Positions 62,979 to 64,000 of a stretch of 64,000 bases of DNA are shown one piece after another. Both the position numbers and the translations under genes were made by a program. The notes beneath the pieces are model-generated. The model was not told the DNA's origin, ran no database searches, and saw only the letters and a program-made list of their open reading frames with translations. Numbering within the stretch: the first letter of the stretch is position 1; the number at the start of each line of letters is the position of its first letter. The DNA comes from Macrostomum hystrix (lineage: Eukaryota > Animalia > Platyhelminthes), in assembly GCA_950097015.1 (NCBI GenBank), contig CATNEN010000039.1:7130001-7194000 (forward strand). Reading direction: 5' to 3'.

Positions 62979-64000
62979 ATGGACATGCTAAGCTCAAGGC
63001 CAAGCACCAATGAATCGGCTGACCGGCCTGGACTGTCAGCCCAGGCGCTGCAAGAGACTCGCGTGGACATTGACCGCAGCCTTCCCTCCTGCCTGGTGGC
63101 CCTGGGTCGGGACGCCTTTCCTGTACTGCTGGCTGACGATAGAGTAGTGATCGCAGCCTCCAGGTACGGCCGGGGTCGGCTTGTGCACTTTGGTCACGAA
63201 GCATTTCTGACGGGATCGGCGGGATGCACCGGCTGGGACTCGGTGCTCCGGCCTTGCCTGGACTGGGCCCTCCGGCTGCCGCTGGCGGACGAAAGATCCG
63301 ACGGCAATGGCAATGGCGCCGAAATCTCGATTGGCACCGACGCCAGCCTTGATGAGAGTCACGCGTTCGCTGTGGAGCGGTACGAGCCTACTCTACCCTG
63401 CCACTCTACCCTGCCACTATACCCTGCCACTCTACCCTGCCACTCTACCCTGCCACTCTACCCTGCCACTCTACCCTGCCACTCTACCCTGCCACTCTAC
63501 CCTGCCACTCTACCCTGCCACTCTACCCTGCCACTCTACCCTGCCACTCTACCCTGCCACTCTACCCTGCCACTCTACCCTACCACTCTAACCTACCACT
63601 CTACCCTACCAATCTACTCTGCCACTCTACCCTGCCACTCTACTTGTCCCACTCTACTTGTCCCACTCTACTTGTCCCAATCTACCCAGCCCCACTCCAC
63701 TTGTCCCACTCTACCTGTCTGTTGTTGTTGACTGTGTTCTTCAGTCTTCACCCCCCAACCGCCAACACCCGCAGCTTCAAGCTGATGAGGCTGTCTCGCT
63801 CGGACTTGTCCATCAACCGCTGCCGTGTGTTCCTGACGCTGTCCTACAGCGACGCTGACGCTGAGCGCCTCGTGAGCTTCGTGGCCTCCGGTGGCTGCGT
63901 GCTGAGCGGCGGCCAGGCCTGGCACTGGAGCTACTCCAATGCGGGAAAGTCGGCCCTGCGGCATTACCCCGGCAACGCCTGGCTCTGCCCGATGGGCCTC
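62979..64000 (+). CDS. TCAF: TRPM8 channel-associated factor / FAM115 (peptidase M60-like family) N-terminal part, exons 62979-63379 and 63775->64000 (runs off window)
   Basis: Exon 1 reads PSCLVALGRDAFPVL..VIAASRYGRGRLVHFGHE. After a phase-2 intron it reads FVASGGCVLSGGQAWHW..YPGNAWL..MG. These are the signature TCAF N-terminal motifs. The start codon is uncertain. Confidence 0.85.
63388..63715. repeat. 13-bp minisatellite (ccctgccactcta) filling TCAF intron 1
   Basis: It starts ~8 bp after the donor at 63380. Confidence 0.95.

Overview
This is eukaryotic (animal) genomic DNA with spliceosomal GT-AG introns and very dense GC-balanced minisatellites. The style suggests a free-living flatworm such as Macrostomum, which is an inference only. 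Seven protein-coding genes can be assembled: an RGG-repeat/3-RRM RBM12-like protein, an intronless Cys-loop ion-channel subunit, a 7-exon CNNM Mg2+ transporter (- strand), syntaxin-7/12, two tandem 4-exon paralogs with a C14orf93-like C-terminus, and the start of a TCAF/FAM115 gene. The window also holds tRNA-derived SINEs, two decayed non-LTR retrotransposon fragments and about 18 tandem-repeat arrays. The standout is an unannotated array of 16 hairpins at ~38.6-41.16 kb inside the 12-kb intron of the first paralog. Read on the minus strand it has the hallmarks of a polycistronic microRNA cluster: a near-invariant 22-nt arm UGGCGCUUUGUAGUCCAACGAG, covarying stems, a basal UG, and a CNNC motif at exactly +16 in 14 of 16 units. 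It appears to have its own CCAAT/TATA promoter and first splice donor, antisense to the host gene. All gene models and RNA folds were derived by eye and not computed.
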